Source of the DNA: an uncultured Candidatus Saccharibacteria bacterium
GTDB lineage: Bacteria > Patescibacteriota > Saccharimonadia > Saccharimonadales > Saccharimonadaceae
Reading direction: 5' to 3'
Assembly: GCA_963515045.1 (NCBI GenBank)
Contig: CAUPWH010000001.1
Span: 127,118-191,117, forward strand
Length of the DNA: 64,000 nucleotides
A model generated the notes under the pieces. The model was not told the origin of the DNA. It made no database searches and saw only the letters and a list, made by a program, of their open reading frames with translations. Both the position numbers and the translations under genes were made by a program. Below, one piece after another: positions 54,396 to 64,000 of this stretch (position 1 is the stretch's first letter; each line of letters starts with the position of its first letter).

Positions 54396-56630
54396 ATGGA
54401 ACATAAACAAACAAATCATGGAAAAATAAAAATTGTTGCTGGAATATTTACCGCCGCACTGGTAGCGGCTTTGCTATATTGGCTATTTACTAGCCTACTA
54501 AATGTAAACCAACACAGTCAAAGGAAGAAAGAGCCTGATCACGTCGCCGCCTCTCAAATAGATGATGAAAACACCAGTCCGCAGCGACCAAACACAAACT
54601 CAAAATCGAGTTCGGACGATAATAAAACTAATCAATCTCAACATAATGACGACATAGAAAATTCATCCAACGGCTCCGCCGAGACAACTAGCAATAATAC
54701 TGCTGTCATGTACCGTAACAGCGCCGCTTCCCGCCACCGCCAGGCAACCTTGGCAAGCAAAAAGCCGTCAACTCACAATAGTATTTTTCAAAGACCTAAG
54801 CACAGACCAATCACTAAGCCCGGCGGCAACAAACCGACTACACCGCCCAATCCGCCAAAACCACCCAAGCCAACGCCCGAGCCAGCGCAGGCAGCCGTAA
54901 AAATCGTCGGTGCCGCAGAGGTCGGCTCAACCCTAATCGCACAAATCGACGATCCCGACGGATTGAAAGACGGCGGTATACGATATTATCAATGGTTTGC
55001 TGACGGCGCGGCTATTCCTGGCGCCAGCTATTTCTCGTACAAGTTGACACCAGCCGAAGCCGGCAAAAAAATCACCGTCAAAACAACTCATGCTGACGGC
55101 AAAAACGTAATGAAAGATTTAATTAGCTCAGCTACGGCAGCTGTCGGCAACGCCGCATCAAATAATAACCATGGTAGCGTCACCATCGACGGAATAAACC
55201 GAGTCGGACAAATATTCACTGCTCACATTACCGATGCCGACGGCGTACCAGAGAGCGGCATTACTTACCGATGGTACGAATTTTACGGCAAATTCTTGGG
55301 AACTGGCAAAACTCTCGCGCAAACCAGAGATCACCTCGGTATGCAAGTCATCGTCCAAGCCAGTTACACCGACAAAAAAGGACATAGAGAGAGCGTCACC
55401 AGCGAATTTAGCGGGTCGGTCGTCGATAATTCAGGCGGCGGCACTGGCGCGGGGATAATCAGTCCTGCTGCGACTGCGCCAAAAATTACCCTTCATGGAC
55501 CAACCAACGTCAAAGAAGGAGAGACCGCTGTTTACACGGCAACTTTAGACAAAGCAGCCAGTACCGATGTTAGCGCGGATATCAAGATCACGCACAATAC
55601 TAGCAATCCGAACAATCTCAACATCCGTTGGGACAGCCAGCGAGTGGTTATTAAAGCCGGAGAAACCAGCGCCAAATTCTACGTTGATACCAATGCCGGC
55701 ACTGACGGTAAAGGTAAAACTTACACCGTTTCTCTTAGTAACGCTGTCGCTGGCATGGTCAATAAAACAAATACCAGTTCCTATACCGCGGTCAATGCTC
55801 AATCGGTTTTTATGTTATCGTACGTCTATCCGCTCGCTGAAGCTGGCGGCAGCGAGTTCTCCGACTACTGGAAAGCTGTTCATGCAGCAGGCAGCAGCAA
55901 AATCCCGTATACACTCATCATGGCAGACGGCAGTCCTGACGCCAAGCTCGACCCAGGCTATGTGCGGCTGCTAAAAAAGAACGCCGAGCTTGGTTTCAAA
56001 ACTGTCGCTTACATCCGCACTATTCATCAAACTCGCCCGATTGCCGAAGTTAAAGCCGCAATGGCTAAGTTCATTGAACTTTACGGGGCAGATAAAATTC
56101 ACGGTTTTTACTTCGACGAAGTATCATCCAGAAATAACGGCGCAACGGCTTACATGGCAGAATTGTATAACTATACGAAAAATACTTACGGCAATAAATT
56201 GGTCGTCGCCAATCCTGGTACTCATATCACCGACGCAATTGCACCATACGCCGATATTTTCATGACTAACGAAGGCACTGCTGACGAATATATTAATAAC
56301 TATAAGACCGCTTACTCTGCCTTTGAAAAAGATCCGGCAAACTCCCATCGTATTTTCCATACGATTTATGCCGCAAAAGCTGGCGATTACCAAAAAATAA
56401 TCAATTTATCGCGCCAGCGTAATGCCGGCTGGGTATTTATCACCACCGATAGTACGATACCTGATGGCAGGCCGTACAATGATTTGGCAGCTAATTTCCC
56501 TGCCCTTGTCGACAATATCAATAACCTGGGTGGACGACCATTTGATCCGAACAGGAACACAACGCAGCCTTTGCTGGCTGGCGCGATAATCGCATCGGCA
56601 GACGTTAAAACTACAATTACAGCAAAGTAA
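54396..56630 (+). CDS. membrane-anchored multidomain surface protein: two Ig-like repeats, Calx-beta-like domain, C-terminal spherulation-specific family 4 (GH135-like) domain
   Basis: TM, a low-complexity Pro-rich linker, and two ~85-aa repeats (VGSTLIAQIDDPDG..YYQW / VGQIFTAHITDADG..YRWY). Then VKEGETAVYTATL...VIKAGETSAKFYV. C-terminus SYVYPL...W...AYIRT...IHGFYFDEV...VANPG. Confidence 0.5.
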   Translation: MEHKQTNHGKIKIVAGIFTAALVAALLYWLFTSLLNVNQHSQRKKEPDHVAASQIDDENTSPQRPNTNSKSSSDDNKTNQSQHNDDIENSSNGSAETTSNNTAVMYRNSAASRHRQATLASKKPSTHNSIFQRPKHRPITKPGGNKPTTPPNPPKPPKPTPEPAQAAVKIVGAAEVGSTLIAQIDDPDGLKDGGIRYYQWFADGAAIPGASYFSYKLTPAEAGKKITVKTTHADGKNVMKDLISSATAAVGNAASNNNHGSVTIDGINRVGQIFTAHITDADGVPESGITYRWYEFYGKFLGTGKTLAQTRDHLGMQVIVQASYTDKKGHRESVTSEFSGSVVDNSGGGTGAGIISPAATAPKITLHGPTNVKEGETAVYTATLDKAASTDVSADIKITHNTSNPNNLNIRWDSQRVVIKAGETSAKFYVDTNAGTDGKGKTYTVSLSNAVAGMVNKTNTSSYTAVNAQSVFMLSYVYPLAEAGGSEFSDYWKAVHAAGSSKIPYTLIMADGSPDAKLDPGYVRLLKKNAELGFKTVAYIRTIHQTRPIAEVKAAMAKFIELYGADKIHGFYFDEVSSRNNGATAYMAELYNYTKNTYGNKLVVANPGTHITDAIAPYADIFMTNEGTADEYINNYKTAYSAFEKDPANSHRIFHTIYAAKAGDYQKIINLSRQRNAGWVFITTDSTIPDGRPYNDLAANFPALVDNINNLGGRPFDPNRNTTQPLLAGAIIASADVKTTITAK

Positions 56631-56645
56631 ATTCACCAGCTAAAG

Positions 56646-59102
56646 TTAAGTGCCGAAATCTTGAACATCTGACGGAAGCGGTGCTGGCTGAGAAACTTCT
56701 GATGCATCAAGCACCTGGCTAATTTGCTGGGCAGTAATAGTTGCCGTCGAACCCGGCGCGATCAGGCCAGCTAGCATCTGCTTGGCGATGGTATTCTCAA
56801 CTGCTCGCTGGACAACGCGGCGCATCGGACGCGCGCCCAGACGCGGATCATAGCCAGCTTCAACCAATAATTTCTTACCTTCCTCCTCAACCGCAACCTG
56901 GATTTTTTGCGGCGCCAAAGTTTTATTAACGCCAGCCAAAATCAAATCGACAACCTGCAATAGCTCTTCCTTGCCCAGCGGACGGAATAAGACAATTTCA
57001 TCAAAACGGTTCAAAAACTCCGGCCGGAATAGATTAGCATTAATTAGCTCGTTGATAAATGTTTGTTCAAACTGTTCCAACTGGTAACCGCGTTCAATAT
57101 ATTCGCGAATTCTATCCGCTCCAGCGTTCGACGTAGCAATAACAATCGTGTCGCGAAAACTAATTTCCCGGTTATTTTCATCGCGCAGAATACCCTCGTC
57201 CAGTAGCTGCAGCAGCGTTGTTAAAACTTGCGGATGAGCCTTTTCAATCTCATCCAGCAGCACCACGGAAAACGGGCGCTTCTGAACTTGAGCGGTTAGG
57301 CTACCTGGATCATGCGCGCCATCAGCAATCAGCCGCGCTACGTCATCTGGGCGAACAAACTCGTTAAGATCCAACCGGATCATACTGCCCTCGCCGCCAA
57401 AATAAACATCCGCCAGCGCTTTGGATAGTTCAGTTTTACCAACGCCAGTCGGACCAAGAAACAGGAAAGCGCCAATCGGCCGATTTTGGTTTCTAACGCC
57501 AGTACGCGCCCGACGAATAGCATCGGAAACAACTGTCACTGCCCGCGACTGATTAATCATCCGCTGATGAATCAACGTTTCTAAATTAAGCAATTTCTCA
57601 CGCTCGTCGCCAGTATTCGCTGTGGATATTTTTATACCCAAAGTTTTTTCAATTGCATCGTCCACCGATTGTGCAGTCACCAGTCCATTCTGAGCGCAGC
57701 TAGCAGCTGACTCTAGAATCTTCAAAGCTTTGCCTGGCATCGCCAAATCTTGAACATAGCGATCACCGACCCGATAAGCCTCGGCCAAAGCTTGATACAT
57801 ATACGCCACCCGGTATTGCGCCTCAAAAAAGAAGAGTTGGTCGCGCATAATCTTCATCGTTCCCACCTCGTCAGTCGGACGAATAGCGATTGTATTCAGC
57901 GCGTGCGCCAACTGCGGTTTCATCTGGGAAATCTGCAAAAACCGCTGCTCGTCCATCGCCAAAATCATGCGCAGCCGTCCCGCCTCCAGGATCGGCAGCA
58001 AGACATTGCTTAAATCAACCGAGCCGACACCCTCCTCAAAGAACAACTGCGCATTATCCAAACATAAAATAACATTTTTCGACAAATAAGCCTCGTTAAT
58101 AATCATCGTCACCAAGTTCTCCAAATCACCGCGGCCGGACGCCGAACTCACCAGTGACGACGCATCCAGCATAAAAACTTGCTGATATAGCAGATGCCGC
58201 GGCACGCCTTTATAACCATCGATCAGCATTTCGGCAAAAGCTGCTACTACCGTAGTCTTACCTGCGCCGTCAGCGCCAACCAGCGTAACATTTTGCCGCC
58301 CGCCAGAGCTAAATGTTGCCAGCATCTGTTCCAGTGCACTATTATGCATATCAAGCTTAGTCGCCATTATACCGCCGCTCACCTGCGCGCTAATATTCTG
58401 CGCGAAACGGCTTAGTAGCGGTGTATAACCAAACGACCAATCCCGGGCAATACCGCCTGTCCGAAGCGGTTTAACCTTGCGCTGCTCGATTAGCTCTTTG
58501 CTTCGTTCGTACCAGCGAACGCCCTCCAGTACATCCTGAAAGTCAATTTTCATATTTGCCAGCAGTGCGTCGTGCTGCGGCAGCTGCTTGACAATTGCCG
58601 CCGCTAAGACTGCGCCGGTAATCTTTGGACTGGCGGTTTCCTGCCAAATTTCAATCGCTGTTTGCCAAATCGCCTCAATATCTGCCGGATTTTCCGACGC
58701 GATATTTTGCAGCAAATTTGGCGTCACGCCCAAACGTACCGCCAGAAAAAGCCCGGCACGCGTTCCAGCGACCGCTAAAGCCACGTCTTTCGGCGTTGGC
58801 TGAGGCGATAACTTTCCTAAAACATCCGCCGCCATAACGTCATCAATTGTTTGCGGATTTTTACTAATTTCAGCTGTTTTCAAATCTTTTTCCCACCAAA
58901 TTGCCAGCATAATAAGCGGGCCGCTCAAGCCGATTAACAGCCAGCCGGCTGCGCCATGCGTAAATAGCGACCAAACCCCTAGCAAAAGCAATCCGCAGCT
59001 TAAAACGCCGGTCAGCAAATGCCAAGCCTTGCCGAAACGAACGGAAAAACGCGCTTTTTGCGAACGTAAACTGTGATAATTGAGTCTTGGAGCAACATTC
59101 AT
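56646..59102 (-). CDS. membrane-anchored two-ring Clp/Hsp100-family AAA+ ATPase
   Basis: Two N-terminal TM helices. D1 has Walker A GADGAGKTTV with Walker B ILCLDNAQ (Asn in place of the catalytic Glu). D2 has GPTGVGKTELSKALA, VVLLDEIEKAHP, FRPEFLNRFD. No ClpB-type middle domain or IGF/L loop seen. The ATG at 59102 overlaps the upstream stop (ATGA). Confidence 0.75.
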   Translation of the reverse strand: MNVAPRLNYHSLRSQKARFSVRFGKAWHLLTGVLSCGLLLLGVWSLFTHGAAGWLLIGLSGPLIMLAIWWEKDLKTAEISKNPQTIDDVMAADVLGKLSPQPTPKDVALAVAGTRAGLFLAVRLGVTPNLLQNIASENPADIEAIWQTAIEIWQETASPKITGAVLAAAIVKQLPQHDALLANMKIDFQDVLEGVRWYERSKELIEQRKVKPLRTGGIARDWSFGYTPLLSRFAQNISAQVSGGIMATKLDMHNSALEQMLATFSSGGRQNVTLVGADGAGKTTVVAAFAEMLIDGYKGVPRHLLYQQVFMLDASSLVSSASGRGDLENLVTMIINEAYLSKNVILCLDNAQLFFEEGVGSVDLSNVLLPILEAGRLRMILAMDEQRFLQISQMKPQLAHALNTIAIRPTDEVGTMKIMRDQLFFFEAQYRVAYMYQALAEAYRVGDRYVQDLAMPGKALKILESAASCAQNGLVTAQSVDDAIEKTLGIKISTANTGDEREKLLNLETLIHQRMINQSRAVTVVSDAIRRARTGVRNQNRPIGAFLFLGPTGVGKTELSKALADVYFGGEGSMIRLDLNEFVRPDDVARLIADGAHDPGSLTAQVQKRPFSVVLLDEIEKAHPQVLTTLLQLLDEGILRDENNREISFRDTIVIATSNAGADRIREYIERGYQLEQFEQTFINELINANLFRPEFLNRFDEIVLFRPLGKEELLQVVDLILAGVNKTLAPQKIQVAVEEEGKKLLVEAGYDPRLGARPMRRVVQRAVENTIAKQMLAGLIAPGSTATITAQQISQVLDASEVSQPAPLPSDVQDFGT

Positions 59103-59473
59103 AGCGTTACCCCCAATCGCCATAAGATAAATCCGATAACTGGCAACACTGGCAAAATTAGCCACGCCAAAACACCTATTAGTTCAAAAATAACCACAAT
59201 AGCAATCGCTATAATACCGATAAAAATAACCAGCGTACGAACAACCGCGCCGATTATTCTGGAAATTAGCCTGTCGAAAAAGGCTCTTAATTTGACTGGC
59301 AGCGGACCGTCAACATAACTGGCGGATATTTGGCGAAACGGGTTAAATAATGTCCTTAGCAACAGCCCAACAGAGAAATGATCGGCCACTCTTAGCACTG
59401 TCACGAAGCTTCGCCTGGCGTAATCCCATAGGCCGCTGCCATACCACCATTGAAAAATCCCCACCAAAAACAT
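59099..59473 (-). CDS. small polytopic membrane protein, translationally coupled to the AAA+ ATPase
   Basis: Hydrophobic C-terminal half (VIFIGIIAIAIVVIFELIGVLAWLILPVLPVIGFILW). TACAAT lies 6 nt upstream of its ATG. Confidence 0.55.
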   Translation of the reverse strand: MFLVGIFQWWYGSGLWDYARRSFVTVLRVADHFSVGLLLRTLFNPFRQISASYVDGPLPVKLRAFFDRLISRIIGAVVRTLVIFIGIIAIAIVVIFELIGVLAWLILPVLPVIGFILWRLGVTL

Positions 59474-59517
59474 GTTTTTATTGTAGCATATTTGCTAATC
59501 GGGTTATAATAGCTAGT

Positions 59518-60780
59518 ATGCAGAGGCAGATGATCAGTACGATTATTGGCAAAAGCGTAAAAAAAGTGGCGCAATTACGCGGCGGCGGATCGGCTTTGCC
59601 AGGTCTGGTGGTGGAAAAAATTGATCCGGATTTTATCAGGCGCACCTTAGAGGATTTACCGCAAGGAGTAGTAATTATCAGCGGCACTAACGGTAAAACA
59701 ACGACTACGAAAATAGTTGTCGAGCTATTAGAATCGGTCGGAATGAAAGTCTTTACCAACCGTACCGGCAGCAATTTTTCCCGCGGCGTAGCAGCAGCAT
59801 TATTAAACGAAATTGACATTCACGGCAAGCTGGACGCCGACATCGCCGTATTGGAACTAGACGAGGCTTGGGCGGTTAAGTTTGTTAAAATGGTGCAGCC
59901 GCGATTCTCCCTGCTGCTTAATGTCATGCGCGACCAGCTAGATCGTTTCGGCGAAATTGACACAACTGCCAAATTATTAGAAAAAATCGCCGCAGCAACA
60001 ATTGACACGGTAGTATTGAATCGCGATGATCCAAGGATATTCGCAATCAGTAAAAAAATCCGGGCAAAATCCGTTTTCTTCGGCACAACCAGCGAGTTAT
60101 TACAACTAATGCCGACCGACGACACACTCAAATCCGGATCAGCCAGGGCCAACAGCCGGGTAATTGCCGACGTACTGCTATCAAAAATCGACGGGCAGCG
60201 GGCAGTCTTCCGAATATCCGAAAAAAATGCACTTATTAGCACGCAGCTGACTGGCGTGTATAATTTATTAAACGCCGCGGCAGCCATTGCCTTAGCGCGG
60301 CAGATTGCCGGCAACGAAGTAACCGGCGCGCTGCTTCTGGCACTAAAAAATATCCAGCCAGCATTTGGCCGCGGCGAAACTATTATGCTACACGGCGTAC
60401 CAATTGAATTAATCCTCGTAAAAAACCCCAGCGGCTTTCGCCTGGCGCTACTGTCGTTTGTCCGCAGCCAGGCCGCTATGATGATTGCCATAAACGATAA
60501 TTACGCCGACGGCCGCGACATGAGCTGGCTGTGGGACGTTGACTTTTCAAAAATAAAAGCCGTATCAACTGTCAGTGGTATCCGCGCCTACGACATGGCT
60601 TTACGGCTGCAATACGACGAAGTGCCGGTTGAAAAAGTCGAACCGAACCTGGCAAAAGCACTGGATTATTTTATAGACAATAATCCAGATGAACCGAAGC
60701 AGATTTTTTGCAGCTACACTGCCATGACAACACTCAGGAAATTACTCAGCGATAAAACTGAAGTGGAGAAAATATCATGA
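59518..60780 (+). CDS. murT: lipid II isoglutaminyl synthase, Mur-ligase-like subunit
   Basis: GTNGKTTTTK P-loop, Mur ligase central domain, C-terminal DUF1727 (DGRDMSWLWDVDF). Start at MQRQ (59518), 7 nt after TATAAT. Confidence 0.8.
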   Translation: MQRQMISTIIGKSVKKVAQLRGGGSALPGLVVEKIDPDFIRRTLEDLPQGVVIISGTNGKTTTTKIVVELLESVGMKVFTNRTGSNFSRGVAAALLNEIDIHGKLDADIAVLELDEAWAVKFVKMVQPRFSLLLNVMRDQLDRFGEIDTTAKLLEKIAAATIDTVVLNRDDPRIFAISKKIRAKSVFFGTTSELLQLMPTDDTLKSGSARANSRVIADVLLSKIDGQRAVFRISEKNALISTQLTGVYNLLNAAAAIALARQIAGNEVTGALLLALKNIQPAFGRGETIMLHGVPIELILVKNPSGFRLALLSFVRSQAAMMIAINDNYADGRDMSWLWDVDFSKIKAVSTVSGIRAYDMALRLQYDEVPVEKVEPNLAKALDYFIDNNPDEPKQIFCSYTAMTTLRKLLSDKTEVEKIS

Positions 60781-61493
60781 AACATATAACTATCATTCAG
60801 CTGTACCCGCGCGACATGAATCTGTACGGCGATTGGGGCAATACGCTAGTCTTAAAAAAACGCTTGCAATGGCGCGATTATCCGGTCAGAGTTATTGACC
60901 ACAACCCAGGCGATTCTACAGATTTTTCGGCAGGCGATATTTTCGTTGGCGGCGGCGGCCAAGATTCCGGCCAGAATGTTATCCAAGAAGATCTGCTGCG
61001 GCGCGCTGCGGAGCTAAAAAAACTCGCCGAAGACGGCGTGCCGATGCTTATGATTTGCGGCATGTATCAATTGTTTGGCAAGTTTTTCGTCACCAATAGC
61101 GGCGAAAGAATCATCGGAGCAGGCATACTGCCAATCGAGACCAGAGCTGGAGATGAGCGGATGATTGGCAACATTACTTTGGAAAGTAAAGAATTCGGCG
61201 GAATCGTCGGCTATGAAAACCACAGCGGACAAACTTTCTTGGATGAAAATATCCTGCCCTTGGGGCGGGTGGTTAGGGGCGCAGGAAACAGCGACAACGG
61301 ATACGAAGGCGTGCGGTATAACAATATCATCGCTACATATCTGCACGGGCCGCTGCTGCCGAAGAATCCGCAAATTGCCGACTTTTTGATCGATACCGCT
61401 CTGAAGCGGCGCAATCTTGAAATTGCTAATTATTTTATTGACGACAATTTAGCCAGAAAAGCGCGAGAAACAGCTGAGAAACGCCCGCGATGA
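60777..61493 (+). CDS. gatD: lipid II isoglutaminyl synthase, glutaminase subunit (CobB/CobQ-type GATase)
   Basis: Nucleophile context MICGMYQLFG and YLHGPLLPKNP. 4-nt overlap with murT. Confidence 0.8.
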   Translation: MKHITIIQLYPRDMNLYGDWGNTLVLKKRLQWRDYPVRVIDHNPGDSTDFSAGDIFVGGGGQDSGQNVIQEDLLRRAAELKKLAEDGVPMLMICGMYQLFGKFFVTNSGERIIGAGILPIETRAGDERMIGNITLESKEFGGIVGYENHSGQTFLDENILPLGRVVRGAGNSDNGYEGVRYNNIIATYLHGPLLPKNPQIADFLIDTALKRRNLEIANYFIDDNLARKARETAEKRPR

Positions 61494-62992
61494 AACAAAC
61501 TCAATCAGCAGCCAAACGCCTTGCTAGCTTATGCCATAAAATTCCCGGCTGGATATATCTTATCCCAATATTACTTTTAGCCGTCCACGCCCGGCTGCTA
61601 TACCTTACTAAAGCAGACATTTGGCACGACGAAGGCTACACCGCTGCCCTCGTTAAGCAACCGATCGGCGACATTCTATCCATAACCATCACCGACGTCC
61701 ATCCGCCGCTTTACTACATAATTATGCATGTTTGGCAGCTGCTGTTCGGCGGATCAGCCGAATCGCTGCGCGGCTTTAGCGTTGTTTGCGGCGTTGCCAC
61801 TGTAGCACTACTTTTTTTTCTACTAGAAAAACTATTTTCCAAAAAAATCGCCGTTCTGGGAACGATTTTTGCAGCAATTGGGCCGTTTTTAGTTCGTTAC
61901 AGCAACGAAGCCAGGATGTACGCACTGGCTGCACTCATCGCCTTGGCCGCCACATATGTTTTTATTCAAGCAATTGATCATAAAAAGCAGAAATGCTGGT
62001 GGCTATTGTATGGCGCTTTAGTTTCCGCTGGAATTTACACGCAGTATTTTTTGGCGCTTATTATTCCAGCACACTTTATATATATATGGCTAACCTTCGG
62101 CGGCAATAAAAAAGCCTTCCTGAAAGTAATACGAAATAAAAATCTCTGGCTAAGCGCTGGTTTCGGACTGTTGTTATTTTCACCATGGCTGCCAATTATG
62201 ATCTCCCAAACAACTAAAGTCGGCGGCGGTTTTTGGATTCCAGAAGTTGACAGATTCAGTATACCAAACACCTTATCAATGTTCATATCATACGATTATC
62301 GAATAACCAAATACTTTGGTTTAATGCTAGGGCCGATGATGATCGCCGTATCGTATTGCCTGGCAAAACATTACCCGAAAAAACGCGCCGCAATCTGGCT
62401 GCTAACGTCCTGGCTACTTGTGCCGATGATGATCGTCTACTTATTAAGCTTGCGCCAGCCGGTATATCTTGACCGCTATTTCACCTACTCAGCGCCAGCA
62501 TTTTACGCATTGCTGGCGGTTTATTTGTGTTTAATCGGCGCTAAAAAATGGTGGAAAACAGCAATAGCGTTCCTCTTAGCTATATACATCGGCAGATACA
62601 TGTGGAACGTTGGCATTCATGAGGTTGCAGAAGCAGCTTGGAATAATACAAATACAGCAATGAGCCATATCAACAGCGGAATTAAGCCGGGCGACACGAT
62701 ATTATCGACAGAAATTTATACTTATTTCAATACGTCTTATTATAATAAAACCGGGCAGGAAATCGTGCTGCTGGCACCGGAAGGCGACGACGGCTGGGGC
62801 GAATGGGGCTTGGTGAAAAAAACAAAAACGCCGCAAATCCCGACGATGGATAGCGTGTCCTCAAGGCGTATTTGGCTTATCAGCCGAACTAAAAACTACG
62901 ACCAATTTATGGCTATCGTGCCAAAAAGCTGGAAACTGCAACAGGAATTTCATGACGGGGATTTGATTATTGGGCTGTATGAGAAGGGCTAA
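61490..62992 (+). CDS. ArnT/PMT-like (GT39/GT83-type) integral-membrane glycosyltransferase
   Basis: About 10 TM segments, WHDEGYT...DVHPPLYY loop-1 motif, soluble C-terminal domain. 4-nt overlap with gatD. Confidence 0.7.
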   Translation: MKQTQSAAKRLASLCHKIPGWIYLIPILLLAVHARLLYLTKADIWHDEGYTAALVKQPIGDILSITITDVHPPLYYIIMHVWQLLFGGSAESLRGFSVVCGVATVALLFFLLEKLFSKKIAVLGTIFAAIGPFLVRYSNEARMYALAALIALAATYVFIQAIDHKKQKCWWLLYGALVSAGIYTQYFLALIIPAHFIYIWLTFGGNKKAFLKVIRNKNLWLSAGFGLLLFSPWLPIMISQTTKVGGGFWIPEVDRFSIPNTLSMFISYDYRITKYFGLMLGPMMIAVSYCLAKHYPKKRAAIWLLTSWLLVPMMIVYLLSLRQPVYLDRYFTYSAPAFYALLAVYLCLIGAKKWWKTAIAFLLAIYIGRYMWNVGIHEVAEAAWNNTNTAMSHINSGIKPGDTILSTEIYTYFNTSYYNKTGQEIVLLAPEGDDGWGEWGLVKKTKTPQIPTMDSVSSRRIWLISRTKNYDQFMAIVPKSWKLQQEFHDGDLIIGLYEKG

Positions 62993-63257
62993 TATTTTCC
63001 TCAATCGCAGTGCAATACTAATTTGCAACCAACCTGCATAATAAGATTAGGCTCCCAATTCAGCTCCGCCGCAAAAGCCAGCTAATTACGATTCTTCGCC
63101 CATTCCTTTGACTCTAGAATAGAGCATAGACTAACTGAGGCAAGCTTCTACTTTAAAGACATGTTACTATACGTTTACCCAACAATTTTACAACTATCAA
63201 GCAAAACCGCCCCAAACGATGAGCAGTAAGTCATAATGACAAATTGCAGAAGTTTAG

Positions 63258-63527
63258 CTACCATCCTTGCTCATTGCGTATATTTGTGTTGACGAAACCA
63301 CGCTTAGTCATCGCCTCATCAAATGTTTTGTTCAGATAAAGCAAATCTATAAACCACCCAAACAGAAAATAGTTCATGGTGATACAGCGTAAGAACATAC
63401 CCTTGAGATTGCCTAAATAAAAGCGATTAATAGGTAGTATAAGGCTACAGGCGGTGAGTATTTTGTAAGTTTTCTTCGGTCTTTCATAACGCATCACTAG
63501 CGGTCGTCTGTAGTACCCGCTGGACAC
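63258..63527 (-). CDS. TM2-domain-like small membrane protein
   Basis: INRFYLGN...LFGWFIDLLYL resembles the TM2 pattern. Confidence 0.45.
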   Translation of the reverse strand: MSSGYYRRPLVMRYERPKKTYKILTACSLILPINRFYLGNLKGMFLRCITMNYFLFGWFIDLLYLNKTFDEAMTKRGFVNTNIRNEQGW

Positions 63528-63970
63528 GTTTGATTTCTATTAGGTACATTAGTCGTAATTACAGTTATATTGTCGCCGTCTTGCCGTATGTCGCTTACAA
63601 TATATGCATCCCAACCAAGCCTATCGCTACAACTGGTCGCGCTGGCATTTGTAAATTGTTCTGTATGGTCTTGATTAGCCGCTGGTACTTTTTCATTTTC
63701 GTATTTAGCTGTTACGGCGTAACCTTTAGTCTTTAAGTCATGGAATACTACTAGTCCTTCTTTGCCTGTAAAGTCCGCTTTGTTGAGTACTGGTAATTTA
63801 CCAACTTTTTGCGTGTTATCGGTGTTGTTTGCTGGTGGATTAGTGGCTGTGTTGTTGGTTGTCGTAGTGTCTTGTGTCATTAATCCAATAATACCCAAGA
63901 CAACCACCACGATAACCCAGAACCACCACTTCTTAAAGATTTGTTTGCCTAGTATTTTGTCGTTTGTCAT
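63497..63970 (-). CDS. N-terminally anchored secreted protein, unknown function
   Basis: TM (WWFWVIVVVVLGIIGLM), Thr/Asn-rich linker, ~100-aa globular part with two Cys. Confidence 0.5.
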   Translation of the reverse strand: MTNDKILGKQIFKKWWFWVIVVVVLGIIGLMTQDTTTTNNTATNPPANNTDNTQKVGKLPVLNKADFTGKEGLVVFHDLKTKGYAVTAKYENEKVPAANQDHTEQFTNASATSCSDRLGWDAYIVSDIRQDGDNITVITTNVPNRNQTCPAGTTDDR

Positions 63971-64000
63971 TGTTTACTACTCTTGTTTAGCTTGTATTAC

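Noticed and set aside
54142-54414. 90-aa minus-strand ORF bridging the ImmA-like gene and the large surface-protein gene
   Set aside because: It overlaps the 3' end of a motif-supported gene and the start of the next, and it has no signal of its own.

Overview
This is a gene-dense, mostly minus-strand bacterial chromosome segment, roughly mid-40s to 50% GC by eye. Most of it is housekeeping: metG (partial), rsmA, dnaE, galU, gatCAB, uvrB, pcrA, tpiA-pgk-pyk, folD, glgP-like, glyA and murA/murB/murT-gatD. It also carries a type IV pilus ATPase, two major-pilin genes, a minor-pilin operon, several sortase-anchored surface proteins, seven tRNAs (all with encoded CCA) and a two-component pair. 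The mix of a reduced gene set, type IV pili, LPXTG/LAXTG proteins, DUF285 repeats, Rpf/G5 wall enzymes and MurT/GatD fits a Saccharibacteria (TM7)/Patescibacteria-like organism. That assignment is an inference I cannot confirm without a database search. The accessory part is a visibly AT-richer, decayed island (about 31.9-37.2 kb) abutting tRNA-Glu. It holds an RTX C-terminal remnant, a frameshifted PLD-family nuclease, a frameshifted T4SS coupling-protein remnant, and an intact, translationally coupled pair. That pair is a C5-cytosine methyltransferase plus a GHKL ATPase with a C-terminal HEPN-like Rx4H motif, and it is my best candidate for an uncharacterised defence-type system. Other notable signals are a perfect 157-bp inverted repeat joining two convergent pilin genes, a G9 tract splitting a PilX-like adhesin gene, and many apparently leaderless genes. 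There is also an HTH-MurA fusion, a membrane-anchored Hsp100-like ATPase, and an orphan promoter-to-hairpin unit between trmH and dnaE.
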